In this document: in pieces, positions 26,956 through 40,589 of the stretch
How the letters are laid out: each line of letters starts with the position of its first letter
Numbering within the stretch: the first letter of the stretch is position 1
DNA from: Octopus sinensis
Taxonomy: Eukaryota
NCBI RefSeq assembly: GCF_006345805.1
Contig: NC_043014.1
Coordinates: 23,374,001 to 23,438,000, forward strand
Reading direction: 5' to 3'
Length of the DNA stretch: 64,000 bases
The notes under the pieces: model-generated
What the model saw: the letters and a program-made list of their open reading frames with translations, nothing else
Told to the model about the DNA's origin: nothing
The model's database searches: none
Translations under genes and position numbers: made by a program

Positions 26956-28391
26956 TATGTGTGTGCGTGTGTATGTGTAGGTAGGTAGGTAGATAGATAG
27001 ATACATGTATACTTGTGTGTGTAAATATATATATGTGTGTGTGTGTGCGTATGTATGTATATATGAGTGTGTTTGCACACATGCACATATAATACAGTGT
27101 TTTGCTTCCATGACCTCGTATTGTACAGTTTCCTGTATAATGTGTATAATATTTTCTTTTTCTTCTCTCTCTCTCTTGCTTGCCTGCCTTCACCCTCTCT
27201 CCTTCTTTTTCACTCTGAATCACTCATTTCTTTCTGTCTCTTTCTCTCTCTCTCCTCTAGCACACTCACATTCACCTCTCCTACACATTTTCTCAGAATC
27301 ATTGTGTGTAGACTCTGCTGGTAGAAGATCTTAAACCCTGAAATGTTTGAATGCATTTTGGAAAAAGTTTTTCCTCTTTCTATTCAACTGGTGGTGCAGA
27401 AGAATGAATATTCCTCTATATTACTCCCATTTTGTATTTCATTTATTTATATTGTGTGTGTGTGTGTGTGTGTGTGTACATAAACATGTACAAGTATATA
27501 TGTAATTTCATTGCTTTGTTTATGAAGAAATCACTTAATTTCTCTGAAACTCGAGTCAAAGCAGTGTTCTGAAAATAACAATTGGAAAAGTCATCCAGTG
27601 CACTTGTTGTATATTGAGGCTGTTCTGTGGTTATTCAAAAGTCTGGGTAAGAGGGATGTTGTGTTAGCAGTGGTGGAGTGGTTAGTAGTGGGGTGTTAGG
27701 GATTTACAGATTAGTTTCTAATTGGATCAGAAATACTAACTAATGTCTTGGCTCTACTCTTTAGGATTTTTTTTCTTTTGCATCCCTCTTCCTGGCTTGG
27801 TATCTTCGTAGAAGAAAGACCCTTTTGGAGAATAGATTGAATGAACTAATGTGTTGTGTCTGTATGTTTTCATGAAGTGCCATAAGTAAGGTTTAGTATT
27901 TTTTCTGAACTTTGGAAAATTCTGATCATGTTTTTCATTTTCCTTTTGGCCAGTTAACATATATTCTTATGAGATTTCAAAGGCTTAGAATTTCACTCAT
28001 GAAGGATTATATAAAACTCACCTATGAAGTGTTATAAATGTATATTGCATCACATATCTATTTTCTAAGTCAACTGTGTGTCAAAAAATGATGTCCAACA
28101 AGATGACCAAACAATGATAATAATAATTCTATTTCATTTTATTGTGTATATTACTTATATTCTATTTATTGTATATCTATAATGTGATGAGGACGCATGG
28201 CCTAGTGGTTAGGATGTTGCACTCACAATCACGAGATCATTGCTTCAATTCCTAGACCAGGTGGTATATTGTGTTCTTGAGCAAAACACTTCACTCATTG
28301 CTCTGCAATCACTTCATCACCTGATGCATATAGTACACCGTGCACCTTTTCAAGCAATGTTGATTTAATGGAGGAAGTGAGTTAATGTACA

Positions 28392-29345
28392 GCCACTTAT
28401 TGTTTTTAGTCTTCATAAATGACTTGCCTGACAACCTCACACAACACACCCTTCTATTTGCCGATGATGTCAAACTGGTCGCTCCTTGCGGTGATATAGA
28501 TGATCTTCGTCAATGCCTCCACCAAGTTTGGAGATGGTCTAACGAATGGGATCTGTGTCTGAACGTGTCAAAGTGCTGTCATCTGCCTGTTGGCTCTTCT
28601 CCTGCAACTCAACTTGATTTCGAACCAGGTCATCAACAGCTGGAGAGGTAAAGGACCAACCAGGTAAAGGACCTGGGTATCTTGGTGGATTCTTCCTTTT
28701 CGCCTTTGGTCCAGTGCGTCCATGCTGCCAACAAAGCACACGGAGTTCTGTTTTTGATTCGGCGGTCATTCGGAATGCTCACAGCAGCCATATTCCTACC
28801 GCTCTCTGACACGCTGGTGAGACCCATATTGGAGTACGGGATTCAAGCCTCTTCTTATCTCCTCAAAGACATGCATCATCTCGAAAGAGTCCAGAAGCTG
28901 GCTACCCGCATGGTTCTTGGTCTCAAGCATTTGTCTTATGAAGAAAGGCTGAAGACGCTCGACCTTTATTCTCTAGAAAAACGACGGCGCCGTGGTGATC
29001 TCATTCTTGCTCACAACATCATAAGCAGAAAGTGTAACCTCTCGAAAGAGCTATTCTTCATTCCTGCTCCAAAGTGTCGGCTGCGGGGTCACTCCGAAAA
29101 GCTCTATCTGCGACGATTTCATCTCAATCGAAGGAGAGGAGCTTTCTCCGTCCGGGTTGCGGATCCGTGAAATACGCTGCCAGACAAGATAGTGAAGATG
29201 CCGACAACAGCTCGGTTCAAAGTCTCTCTTGACCATAAATGGCCTGAACTCTTTGCATGAACACCCTCCCTGTACATAACTCCATGTCCCCCTACATGGC
29301 CTTGCTTTTTGCTTTTTGAACCAAAAAATTAACTTAACTTAACTT
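28392..29345 (+). mobile_element. CR1-group LINE 3' fragment (same family as 15911-17446, opposite strand)
   Basis: FLVFINDLPD..LFADDVKL and LVRPILEY motifs, (TAACT)n tail; inserted just behind a SINE head. Confidence 0.93.
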
Positions 29346-29624
29346 ATATACATCTGATCACTATAAGCATATCATTTGCACGGGTCATTCAGCAAAAAGC
29401 AGAATACTAATATGTTCTAAGCCATCATATATGTGGTATAGAATGAAAAAAAATGTTCATTTATTGAAATGATCATAATGTCAATTTGAATTTATCTTTT
29501 CCTCATTTTAATTATTTTTATACATTCTGAAGCATATTTTATGCCTATTGGACTACACCTTGGATTTGCAAGGTGCCCCCATTTATAATCCATTGGAGTT
29601 TAACTGATGTTTTATTCAGTTAAC

Positions 29625-30811
29625 TGAATACTATGCTAACAATGTTCTTACATGAAGCACTAAGATGATGTCCTGGATTCTCCTCAAGTTATATATATAT
29701 AAGCTATGGACATATAAGAGGTGCAGCAATATCAAAGGAAGGCTAACTGCGAAGATAGTTTTTGTGTGTGGAAAATGCTCAGTAGCAATAAACTCTGAAA
29801 ACGTGCAGAGAACAGCTTCTGTCACAATTTGATAGCTTCTGTTATCTAGGTGATCATGTCAGTAGCGTGGGCTGGATGCTCTGAAAGTGTAACTGCTAGA
29901 GTAACGAGAGCCTGGGCAAAGTTCAGAGAGCTCCTACCTCTGCTGGTGACAAAGGCCCTCTTGCTCAGCGTATGATGCATGTGTGTAAACAGCTATGCTA
30001 CATGGCAGTGAAACATGGACCGTGACTGCTGAGGAATGAAGCCAGTTTGCTCCACTGGATGTGTAATGTCAGTGTGCATACACAACAGTGTAAGCACCCT
30101 GAGAGAAAAGTTGGACATAAGAAGCATCAGATGTGGTGTGCAAGAGAGACAACTGCACTGGTATGGTTATATGGTGCGAATGGGTGAGGACAGCTGTATG
30201 AAAAAGTGTCACGCCCTAGCAGTTTAGGGAACTTGTGGAAGAGGAAGACCTGGGATGAGGTGGTGAAGCATGACCTTCGAACATTGGGCCTCATCAAGGC
30301 AATTGCAAATGCCCGAGACCTTTGGAGATATGCTGTGCTTGAGAAGACCCGGCAAGCCAAGTGAGACCATAACCAGCCCATTTAAGAGTACTCTTCTATC
30401 ATTAGAAAATAAACTATGCTTGCAAAGACCTGTTGAGGCAAGTAAAATTGCTGTCGTGGCTGATGACAGTACCACCTGATTGGCACCCATGCCAGTGGAA
30501 TGTTAAATGCACCATTTGTGCATGATTGTTGCCAGGGCCACTGACTGGCTCCCATGCCGGTGGCACATAAAAAAGGCACCTTTCAAGCATGGTCATTGCC
30601 AGTGCCGCTGAACTAACTCCTGTGCAGGTGGCACGTAAATGTACACACTACACTCTTGGAGTGGTTGGCATTATGAAGGGCAGCCAGCTGTGGAAACTTT
30701 ACCAGATCAGATTGGAGACAGTTGCAACTTTCTGGCTCGCCAGCCCTCAGTCAAACCGTCCAACCTATGCCAGCATGGAAAGCAGATGTTAAACGATGAT
30801 GATGATGATGA
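29625..30811 (+). mobile_element. RTE LINE 3' fragment with (GAT)n tail
   Basis: KLWTYKRCSNIKGRL, AWAKFRELLPLL and LHGSETW motifs; 3' UTR as in the other copies. Confidence 0.88.
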
Positions 30812-31188
30812 TATTTATATATATATATATATATATATCATTATCATCATCATTTAACGTCTGTTTTGCATACTGGCATGGTGTTGGACAGTTTGGCTGG
30901 AGACTAGCAAGCCAGGAGGCCACACCTATCTTCAATCTGATCTGGCAATAGAAATAATACATTCCTAAATCTCTCAGAGAGATTTATAGATAAAGTGGTG
31001 GTATGTTGTCAACTTCATGTGACAGTCCCATGAAAGGGAAGACTCTACCACCCCTTCTCTTTTTCTCTCTCTCTCTCTCTCTCTCTCCCTCTCTCTGGGA
31101 AGCACCGTTCCCTGTCGGCCTTAACACATTTCCTGTGTCCTTATGTTTACAAAGGGGGAAATAAGCACCTCCACCCAGCAAAGCCCGC

Positions 31189-31234
31189 ATTCAGAGACTA
31201 GTTTCTGAGTCATTTCTCGTCATCAGTCTGGAAT
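31189..31234 (-). ncRNA. Minimal type-I hammerhead ribozyme motif
   Basis: Minus strand: AUUCCAGA-CUGAUGA-CGAGAAAUGACUCA-GAAA-CUAG-UC/UCUGAAU. Helix I CAGA/UCUG, helix II GAG/CUC, palindromic helix III ACUAGU, GUC site. Confidence 0.8.
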
Positions 31235-31296
31235 AGCATGGCTTGCTAGTTTTTTTCTTTATTTTGAGTATATAGCTCTTACAGAGAAGGGACGAA

Positions 31297-31800
31297 CCAG
31301 GTACTGATGATCTACCCTATCAAATGCTTTATTTTGGTCTAAATGGACTATTGCCCCACCTTCACCAGATAATTTACCAATCCCGTCTAAGGTGTAGCGG
31401 ATAAGGTGAAGATTGTCCTGGATCGACCTGCCTGGGATTGCACATGTCTGTGCCTTCACAACAAGTTTCTCCATGACAGCCATCAACCCTTTTGCTAATA
31501 CTTTGGCCAAAATCTGTAACTCTAGATTAAGTAGGGTTATGGGCCTGTAATTGGTAATACTATTCCCCTTGCTCAGGTCTTTCTGGACCAGTATCAGCAC
31601 TCCCCGAATCACAGAGCTGGGAATCCTCCTATTCTGTTGCCAGTTTGCATAGACGCCTGCCAGTATATCTCCAAACAAGTCCGGCATACAATAATAAAAC
31701 TCATAGGGCAGACCATCTAGCCCTAGCGACTTTTCCCCAGCGCACTCGGCCAACACCTCTTGTACTTCCGTGGACAGAGACCTTTCGGACTAGGGCCTCC
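31297..31800 (-). pseudogene. Tx1/L1-clade reverse transcriptase fragment
   Basis: KSLGLDGLPYEFY, NYRPITLLN..ILAKVLA, QTCAIPGRSIQDNL and LDQNKAFDRVDH motifs. Confidence 0.88.
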
Positions 31801-32635
31801 ACCTTGTCTGCCACCTTGCTCCAACTATGAATTTTGTAAACATAAGGACGCAAAAAATGTGTCAAGGGCGGCAGGAAGCAGTGCTTCTTAGGGCTAAATA
31901 GCAGTAGTATTCTTCCCTTTCATAGGACTGTCACATTAAGTTGACAATATACCACCACTTGATCTGGCAATGTTTCTACAGCTGGATGGCCTTCCTAACG
32001 CTAACCACTCTGAGAGTTTAGTGGATGCTTTTTATGTTCCACCAGCACAGGGAGCCAGTCAGGTGGCACTGGCAATGACCCACACATGAATGCTGCTTAT
32101 TGCATGCCACCAGCATGAGAGCCAGTCAGACAGCACTGGCATTGGCCACAACTACAATTTCCATTTGATTGTGATTTCATTTTTGATTTTGACTTTACTT
32201 GACTCAATAGGTCTCCTCAAGCACATACACACACACATATATATTATCATTGTTTCAACATCCACTTTTCCATGCTCATATGGGCCTGATGGAATTTGTT
32301 GAAGCAGGATTTTATACAGCCAGAATCCCTTACTGTTGCCAGCCCTCACTTGTTTCCAAGTCATTTTATATTTTCTCTGGATCAGACATGTTTTTATGGA
32401 AGGCTGAAAATGAAAGATTCCACTCGCATCATGATGACTCTCATAAATAGCTATCTCGTAATGTCAAGGCAAGGGGACAAACACACACACACGCACATAC
32501 ATGACAAGCTTTTTTCAGTTTCTGTCTACCAAATCCACTCACAAGACTTTGGTCAGCTTAAGGCTATTCTAGAAGACAATTGTCCAAAGTGTCATACAGT
32601 GGGGCTGAATCCAGAGCTGTGTTTCTATTTTATAT

Positions 32636-32889
32636 CAGTGTGGATCTCAACCATTTTTTTCTTATGGATTCCTTTGATTCCTATTTCATTCAAGTGGCCC
32701 CCTCTAGCTATTTGATAATTAAAAATCCTATCATATTTTTATAATTGAATATTATTAGGAATTGTATAAAAAATTCTTAAAATATTTTGTGAATTGCAGA
32801 AGTATAATCAATTTACTGCAAATATATTTTAACAGCAAAATCTTATATGAACCCCCAAGGTTCATATGGACCTTGGTTGAGAATCACTA
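32636..32889. mobile_element. hAT/Charlie-type MITE
   Basis: TIR-like ends cagtgtggatctcaacc / ggttgagaatcacta. Confidence 0.6.
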
Positions 32890-33452
32890 TATTATATAGA
32901 TATACATGTGTCAATGTGTGTATGTGTATAAAGATTGAAATGTCTTTTATCATGCATAGTTCTATTCAAAAAGAGTTGATTTGAGCTTAAACCATATTTT
33001 TAGTTCATTTGTTTGTTTTTTTGTTTTTGTTGGGTTTTTTTTTTTTGTAGAAACTGTCAGTCATTTATTGAGTGTGAATTTGGTTGCAGTATTTAGTTGT
33101 TCAAGTGACAATGTCAAAGCTGTTTGTCTCCCCCCTACCTCACTGGTTCAAAATGCTTTCCTCCACCTCTTCCTCCTCCTCCTTATCATCATCATCATCA
33201 TCCTCATCAAGATCATGGTTATCATTGTTGTCATCACACTAAAACTGTGTCGATGTTGTCAGTCAGATGTCGTTAGCAACGGTTGCGTTTTTTTATGATA
33301 TAATTCCTATCTGAAGTTGAACCCTGAGCTGCCTCATGGGACCAAACAGATCCCCACTGACCCCACTGATTTCTCTCACACCCTTTCTTTTTCTCCCCAT
33401 CCTCTCTCTACCACCCCTCTTTCTCTCTCTCTCTCTCTCCCTCTCTCTCTCA

Positions 33453-33510
<58 letters not shown>

Positions 33511-34410
33511 AAGGAAGCAAGATATCTGAAATAAATATAAAATGTCAAGAACAAAAGATAAATAATATTATTTGTTTGTTTATACAGCAGGAGTTTATTT
33601 GCATGATTATATAACAAATATATCTGGTACCCAACTTAATAGGTTCTATGTTACTTTAGAATGAAAGATTCCCTATCTCCCTCTCCCCTTCCTTCTTTAC
33701 TATTCCCCCATTCCCATCATATATCCTCCTTTTCCCTTGCTTCCCTCTGCAGCTCTGCCACCACACCCCCCTAACATGTGTGATAAAGAAATATACACAC
33801 AAAAGAACTTCAGATAAAGCTCCAAAACATTTTAAGTTAACTTGTAAAACAAAGAATTTCATTACATGACTACACAAAAACAATCACATATTGCAACGCA
33901 CGCACACACACACACACACTTTCTCCCTCCCTCTCCCTCTCCTTCCCTCTCTCTCTCTCCCCCACACACACATGCATATATAATGCATTGTTGTAGAATA
34001 TAAGTACTATTGAACACTGGAGTCAATGTAATTGATTTAACCTCTCCCCCAAAATTACTGGCATTGCGCTAACATTTGAAACCTATAATGGTAGGGGCCA
34101 TGATGATCATGGCAATTTTAATAAACAGTGAGAGGGACAGCTTTTATAATATCCCTTTGAACTGCTAATTGCTGAAGAATTCGTTTTCACAATCCAAAAT
34201 GTGAAACTAATAGTAACAATTAAAATATCTTCAGCTTTTGATAAAATATTCACACTCTTCTCTAATTACTTCTCTCTGTAAACACAAATGTTCAGCAGTC
34301 TGTTTACACATATACACACAAATGAACATATATTATACATGCCATGCTGGCATAGGCCCAACCCATGCCAGCATGGAAAAATAGGCTTAAATGATGATGC
34401 CGATGACGAT

Positions 34411-34900
34411 GGTGACCACCTTCCAGCTATATTCAGAAGCCTGTGCAAGTATCAGAAGAATCTCCAAACTATTGTTAGATGGAGAGATTTTAAAGAGAGA
34501 TGCACCCTGTTACAATGAAGTTCTGGCAAGGAGCAGTTTTACCAATAAGTTGGTTTACACAGCAGATCCCTCACCTGTACTCCCAAACCATAAGAGAATT
34601 ACAAAATGACAGGTTATTTGGTATAATCATCCATTCAACCAAGGTGTTTCTATCATTCTAGCCAGGAACTTTCTAAAATTATGAAGCATTTCTCTAGATC
34701 TCATAGATATCATAAACTTTTTAATTCCCCAAATGTTATGGTCAGTTATTTATGTTTTGACTATATTGCTTCCAACTTTACATGCTACAACAGAAACAAA
34801 TACACATCCACACAAATTCCATATCACACTCCCATATGCAACAGTCAAAGTCCTACCAACTGTTCACTGGATGGATCCTGCTTTTTGATAGCCATGACCA
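34411..34900 (+). mobile_element. Penelope-like element relic (RT thumb/linker region)
   Basis: DHLPAIF..., VIWYNHPFNQGVSIILARNFLKL and HRYHKLFNSPNVMVSY...CNSQSPTNCSLDGSC match the PLE pattern WFNPP...HKIFNxNxVKVSYSC...CNC..CPLxGxC. Confidence 0.65.
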
Positions 34901-37900
34901 CAGCACTTCAACATGCAACATCATATGGAGTATTATACTCAGCAGGACCCCACCATTCTTTCCTGGTGCTTTCAGTTTCCAACTGTGGTACCAAGAAAGG
35001 TTGCACATACTCCAACAACCTTCCATATATCATCAATGGAAAGGTTAACTTTTTATAATTGTTGCTATAGAAGACACACACTTTTAATGTGTTTCAAACC
35101 ATTGACCCCAATAATCCTGACATACCTCTCTAGACCAGGTTATACTATGCTTGCTGTTCATATAGATATCACTACCCACTGTTCCTGAATTTCAATGGCC
35201 CAGCAGACATGCTACCCACATCTACACCAAGCCCCATACATTGATGACTGTGGAATTCATCTGTTGTTGCTAAGATATCACTACATCTATATTACCAAAA
35301 CTGACCATCTAACTTTAAACTCTTGGATGCTGCTCTTTATCATTCCATACTTCAAGCAGTGATGTCACTGATGCATCAGATTCCATGCTAAGTTATCCAC
35401 AATATGACCTAAACTGACCAATGAGGGTTAAGTTCTCCTTGTAAGAAAGAAGCCATCTTGTTTTGTCTCCATATGTTGTAGGAGCTGTTGTCATGTTCAC
35501 AAAACGTTAAATAACATGAGATGCTAAGTCAACAAATAAATTCAATAAATACTTGCATTCATTTATTCTCTCATCCATGTATTATATTATTTATTATATA
35601 TACAAAGAAAGAGAGAAATACATATAATTATAACATGCAGGGTACAAAAGATATTTGAGGATATTAAGCTTCCTTGTATGATTATCCTATGAATCCACCT
35701 TTAGCATTGATCACTGCTTCAATGCAAGATTGGAATTATTGACATGCTAGCACTAGTTGAATGATATGTTATACTGTTGGTTTACATTTAGATGCTTTTA
35801 AGTATATTTTCATGATTTAAGTAAGTTAGTGAATATTTTTGTTACAGTTCAGGCATATTAACCAAATCTTTTTAGGTGAAATGATTGAAGCCTGATAATT
35901 AAAGTAATATATTATTCTACAAGTTAACACTCAGTTTGTTTCAGTTATGTTTTCATGTTTGAAATATACATTATAATTGTGGGTAGCAATGATTATTGGT
36001 CTATGTTCTTTAATTAATCTATGTTTGAATTTCTAAGCTTAGGTTATTATTTTCCACTTTGTGTATAGTTAACATGTGCTTACAACTAGCTTCAATAATT
36101 TTTGTTCAAAACATTTTGTTTGCTAGTGTGTTTTAAATTCTATAGCAAAGTTCTTTTTGAAGATATTTCTGTTTTTTATGTTTCAGATTTGATGTTTGTA
36201 TTTGTAATAAAAGCAAGTGTAGATGTAATGGACATATTATGCAAATGTTTCACTCCTGCTTCTTGTCTTTTCACTCTCAGGCTTCATATATGTTTTTAAT
36301 GCTGCTAACACCTCTAAACTGAATAGTACTGCCCTGGTGTTGAAACCACATATCTATCAGGCAGCTGATGATAATGGAAATGTGTTTAATGTGCTTGTTA
36401 TCTGTGAACCTTTTATATCTTGTGTTCTTATCATTCTAACTTGTCACATTCATGCCTTCCTTAAGTCCAATGAATGGTAAATCAAGTGCTTTAATTTACA
36501 CCATCTGTGAAGTAGGTAGTTCTTCATACTAGACTCAACTTGAGCCCAATGATAAACAGGAAGGGACTGAGAACCAAGCCCTTGTGAATCCCTACCTGCA
36601 GACTAAGTTCATTGCCAACTATCACCTTACTGACAGCACCCCTGTATGTAACTGGATGATTCTCACCAGCAATTGTATGTATGCAGCTGAATATGTTTGT
36701 ATCTGGGTGTGTAATCATGTATGTACATGTACAGGGGTTAGGAAGGGCATCCAGCTGTAGAAACACTGCTGGATCAGACTGGAGCCTGGTGCAGCCTCCT
36801 GGCTTCCCAGGCCCCGGTCAAACCGTCCAACCCATGCTAGCATGGAAAACGGATATTAAACGATGATGATGATGATGATGATTGTAAACATTCCTCAGCC
36901 TATCTTTTATTGATTTTTTTTCATGATTTAAACTTTTTAAGCATTCTTTTCTACATTCAAAATGTATAAATATATAAATATATGTCATAATCTGACCAGA
37001 TACCAGTTGTTTGCCTATTTATGTCTTTATTCTATTATATATACATATTTGTATGGGTGTGTGTGTGTATATATGTGTATATGCACACATTATACACACA
37101 TCCTATACATATATATGAATGTATAAACAAATGCATCTATGTGTGTATATCTCCAGTGAACCTGTTTGTAGCCTGTGGCACTTTTTAAGCAATCATCAAA
37201 GTGCTTTCTTTATCTGTGCGTGTGTGTATGTGTGTATACATACATAATAGCTATTATCTAAGCATGAATGGTTGGCAGGGTATTGTGGTTTGATGTGTGT
37301 GTGGGGGGGGTCTGTTGTAGGCTGGAACAGCTTATGACATAAATCTATGATATCAAAAAAATTAATGTGTTTTTCACATGCAAACAACTCTCATTCCTAG
37401 GCCAATAACCACCCACCCCAGTATAGTTTTTGCTTTTGTGAAAATTAAGGGGAAGATGTTAGTTTGTGGTGGTGCTGGGTAAGAATTTTTTCTTTCTTTA
37501 TCAACAACTTTCTTTCTTATTTTAAAGTTTTTCTTTTCATTTTCTTTCTTTCAATTTCCTCCCCTCTCTCTCTCTCTCCTTTACAGCTCCCTTCTATTCA
37601 ATCTCCACAATCCACCATCCTACTAACCCTTTCTCGTCTCCCTCTATTATGTCCACTTCTAACCTCTCCTTACTGTTTCCTTTCTCCCCTCATACTCTCA
37701 CTATCTCTCCCCCTTTGCAATTCATTTCCACATCTTCCACTCTACTGTTTCTATTTTCCTTACACTTACATTTTCATTCCCTTCCTCTTCTTTATAACAC
37801 CCCACCACTTATGCAGTCCACTCCAACTCAACCATGTCCATCCCCAGTCAACAACATAATTGAAATCAATAGTTAAAATGCATTTCAACATATCTTTTCT

Positions 37901-38539
37901 ATTGTCCTGATTTAACAAGAAAGCTTGTTTTTTTTAATCTAGAAACCATTTGTTGAAACCAATATTTTCATGGAATGATCTCTTTTTACCAATAATGAAA
38001 ACACACTGGCACCAATTGCAATTTCTTTAATGAGAAACATGCAGATTCTGTCCTCAGAACTAAGGCAAATGCTCTGAGATGAGGGACTGAAAGCCATATC
38101 TGATAAGGAGAGACATGCTGTTGTAACAAAGCCACAATTTGACTTTTGATGGACTGGAATGGTTGTGTACTATTTGATTTCAGAAGCTCTATGTTACTTC
38201 TTACCTGCACTTTGCTCAACTGTTTGGAGCAAGTGATGAGTCAAAGATAACAGTAGATTTTAGCTTGCCATGGCTTTCACTGAACAACATAAAGCACTGT
38301 AAACAGTGGCTAAAATACAGTTGGCAATAAGTTTTTGCAAGGAGCAAATTTTCTTTCTTGTATGGTTTACACTACAAACTTTATGCATGTATGCTAGACT
38401 TGTTTGCCCATCTTTTAAGCCAAGATAAAACGTACATAATAACACTTCTAATCAGTTAAGATCAGAAGCTATGAAAGTATTATTATCATATAGTATTATT
38501 ATCATTTACCAAATGAAATTTTCTTTGGAGTACTTGTAA

Positions 38540-39290
38540 AAAGAACTATTATTGCCTAAGTAAGGTCTGTGAAGTTTGTTCTATTTGGTCTCTGCTATTG
38601 AATTGATAATCACATGTAGGCTGTTCCTAATAGGGCTATTTTTTATACTGTGTGTAGTGTTTTAAGCCCTGATATGGCTTGTATGTTTTTGTTCATATTT
38701 TTAAAAATCATACTTTATGTTCCAATTATTATTTGTACCATTCTCACATTCATGTTCCTTGTCTTAAATATTTTGATTTTAAATTCCTTGTATTTTAACA
38801 GGATTCTTTTTTACAACTTTCAAGGTTTTGATGTCTATCAGCATACATTTTCTTCTCTCCGTTTCTTGATTGTTATGTCTGGATGGTTTATCTTGATTTC
38901 TTTTGTCAGTTTGCACTGACATATCCTAGATGATTGTGGCCAAGTCATTATCATGTACTGTGTTTGGTGCATGTTTGTACCATTTCTCGTCTTTTCATAT
39001 TGAAGTATTGGCAAATTGCCCAGTGGTATATACGTCCCATTTGATTATGCCTGGGTATATATTCAGATTTGGTAAGGACTGGGAAGCTAACCATCTCATT
39101 GTGCTGAATGCACATTATGCATTTTGTCCATTTTCATTGTTTTGTTCTTATTGTTGTATGTTTGTGCAGCTAGAATCAAATCATCCTGGTTTTGCTTATA
39201 CTCCAGTTCTTTTTCATGTCAGGTTACCCCTTTCTTGTACGGGTGGGGATAGGGATATTCTGTCTATATCTGCTGTAGGGTGATGACTTC
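38540..39290 (-). mobile_element. R4/Dong-like restriction-like endonuclease fragment
   Basis: Minus-strand RHNQMGRIYHWAIC, KWYKHAPNTVHDND..II*DMSVQTD and INHPDI...CMLIDI (PD..D nuclease), frameshifted. Confidence 0.65.
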
Positions 39291-40303
39291 AGTATGCTGT
39301 CAGTAGTTTCTTCTGCTTTTTTGTTGCTTAATTTTCCAACTCAGCTTCAAGTATATAACATTCCATCTAACTCTGTATGTTCTGAGTTCATATTCTTTTT
39401 GGTCAACGTATTTAAATAAGTTCCAACTGAGAAGTGGGCTGAATGTAATTGACTATTCCCTCCTTAAAATTGCAGGCCTTGTGCCAAAATTCGGGGGGGG
39501 GATTAGTAGTAGTAGCAGTAGCAGCAGCAGCAAGTAGCTGTAGTAGTAGAGTGGTGGCTTTGTTAAATTACTGCAGTATTTAGTTACAGTCCTTCATGTT
39601 GTAAGTTCAAATTCCTTTGAGGTCAACATTTTCTTTAAAAATTCATTGCAAACAGAAACACACACACAAAAAATTAAACAAATAGATTTTAAATAAAATG
39701 AAATTATCTGTCAACCAATGAAAATGTTGGAATGTTCTAAACACAGCTTAAATTTTATTTTAAACATCATATATCAATGTTGATTTCTGAGTCTCATGTA
39801 ATCATGATTTGTATAAACTATTTATTTATCACACTGGGGAATTTGTAAACAAATTTTTTAATGTTTTTTAAATAAAAAAAGTGAATGTGTAGCTCTCCAT
39901 TCTAAATACAAATATGTTAAATGAAATTTAACTGTTTACTAATTTGTAACAGTGGAATACTGAGAAGACAAATTGTACTTTCTTTTTTATTTCTAGATAA
40001 AGCTTCAAATGTATATATATATATATGGCACAGTGAAAATACGTAAGAAAAACACCTGCACCCCTACTCTATAATATCCCCCCAAAATACACCTATACAA
40101 TCAATCACCAAACAAATAGACAGTATTATAAAAAGAAAATACACATGGTAAGATGCTTGCTTCCCAGCCACATGATTCTGGGTTCAGTCCCACTGTGTGG
40201 TACCTTGGGCAAGTGTCTTCAACTATAGCCTCAGGCTGACCAAAGCCTTTTGAGTGGATTTGGTAGTCAGAAACTGAAAGAAGCCCATTGTGTGTGTGTG
40301 TGT

Positions 40304-40340
<37 letters not shown>

Positions 40341-40589
40341 TGGATATATCTATGTGTTTGTCCCCTCATCACTGCTTGACAACTGGTGTTGGTGTGTTTA
40401 CATTCTTGTAACTTAACAGTTCGGCAAAAGAGACTGATAGAATAAGTAATAGACTTAAAAAGTAAGTCTTGGAGTCAATTTGCTCAACTATAAAAAAAAA
40501 AACCTTTCCAGGTGGTGCTCTAGCATGGCCAAAGTCAAATAGCTGAAACGAGTAAAAAAGTAAAAGGATAAAAAAAAAATAAAAGAATA

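Larger units (their letters stand above)
30950..31959 (-). mobile_element. Composite insertion: inverted terminal repeats + hammerhead + Tx1/L1 RT fragment, with 12-bp TSD
   Basis: TSD tgatctggcaat at 30938-30949 and 31960-31971. Inverted arms ~30993-31153 and 31833-31960. It splits an RTE tail (30838-30949 / 31960-32222). Confidence 0.75.

Noticed and set aside
36361-36390. CTGATGA-taatg-GAAA-tgtgtt
   Set aside because: No helix II or helix I pairing.
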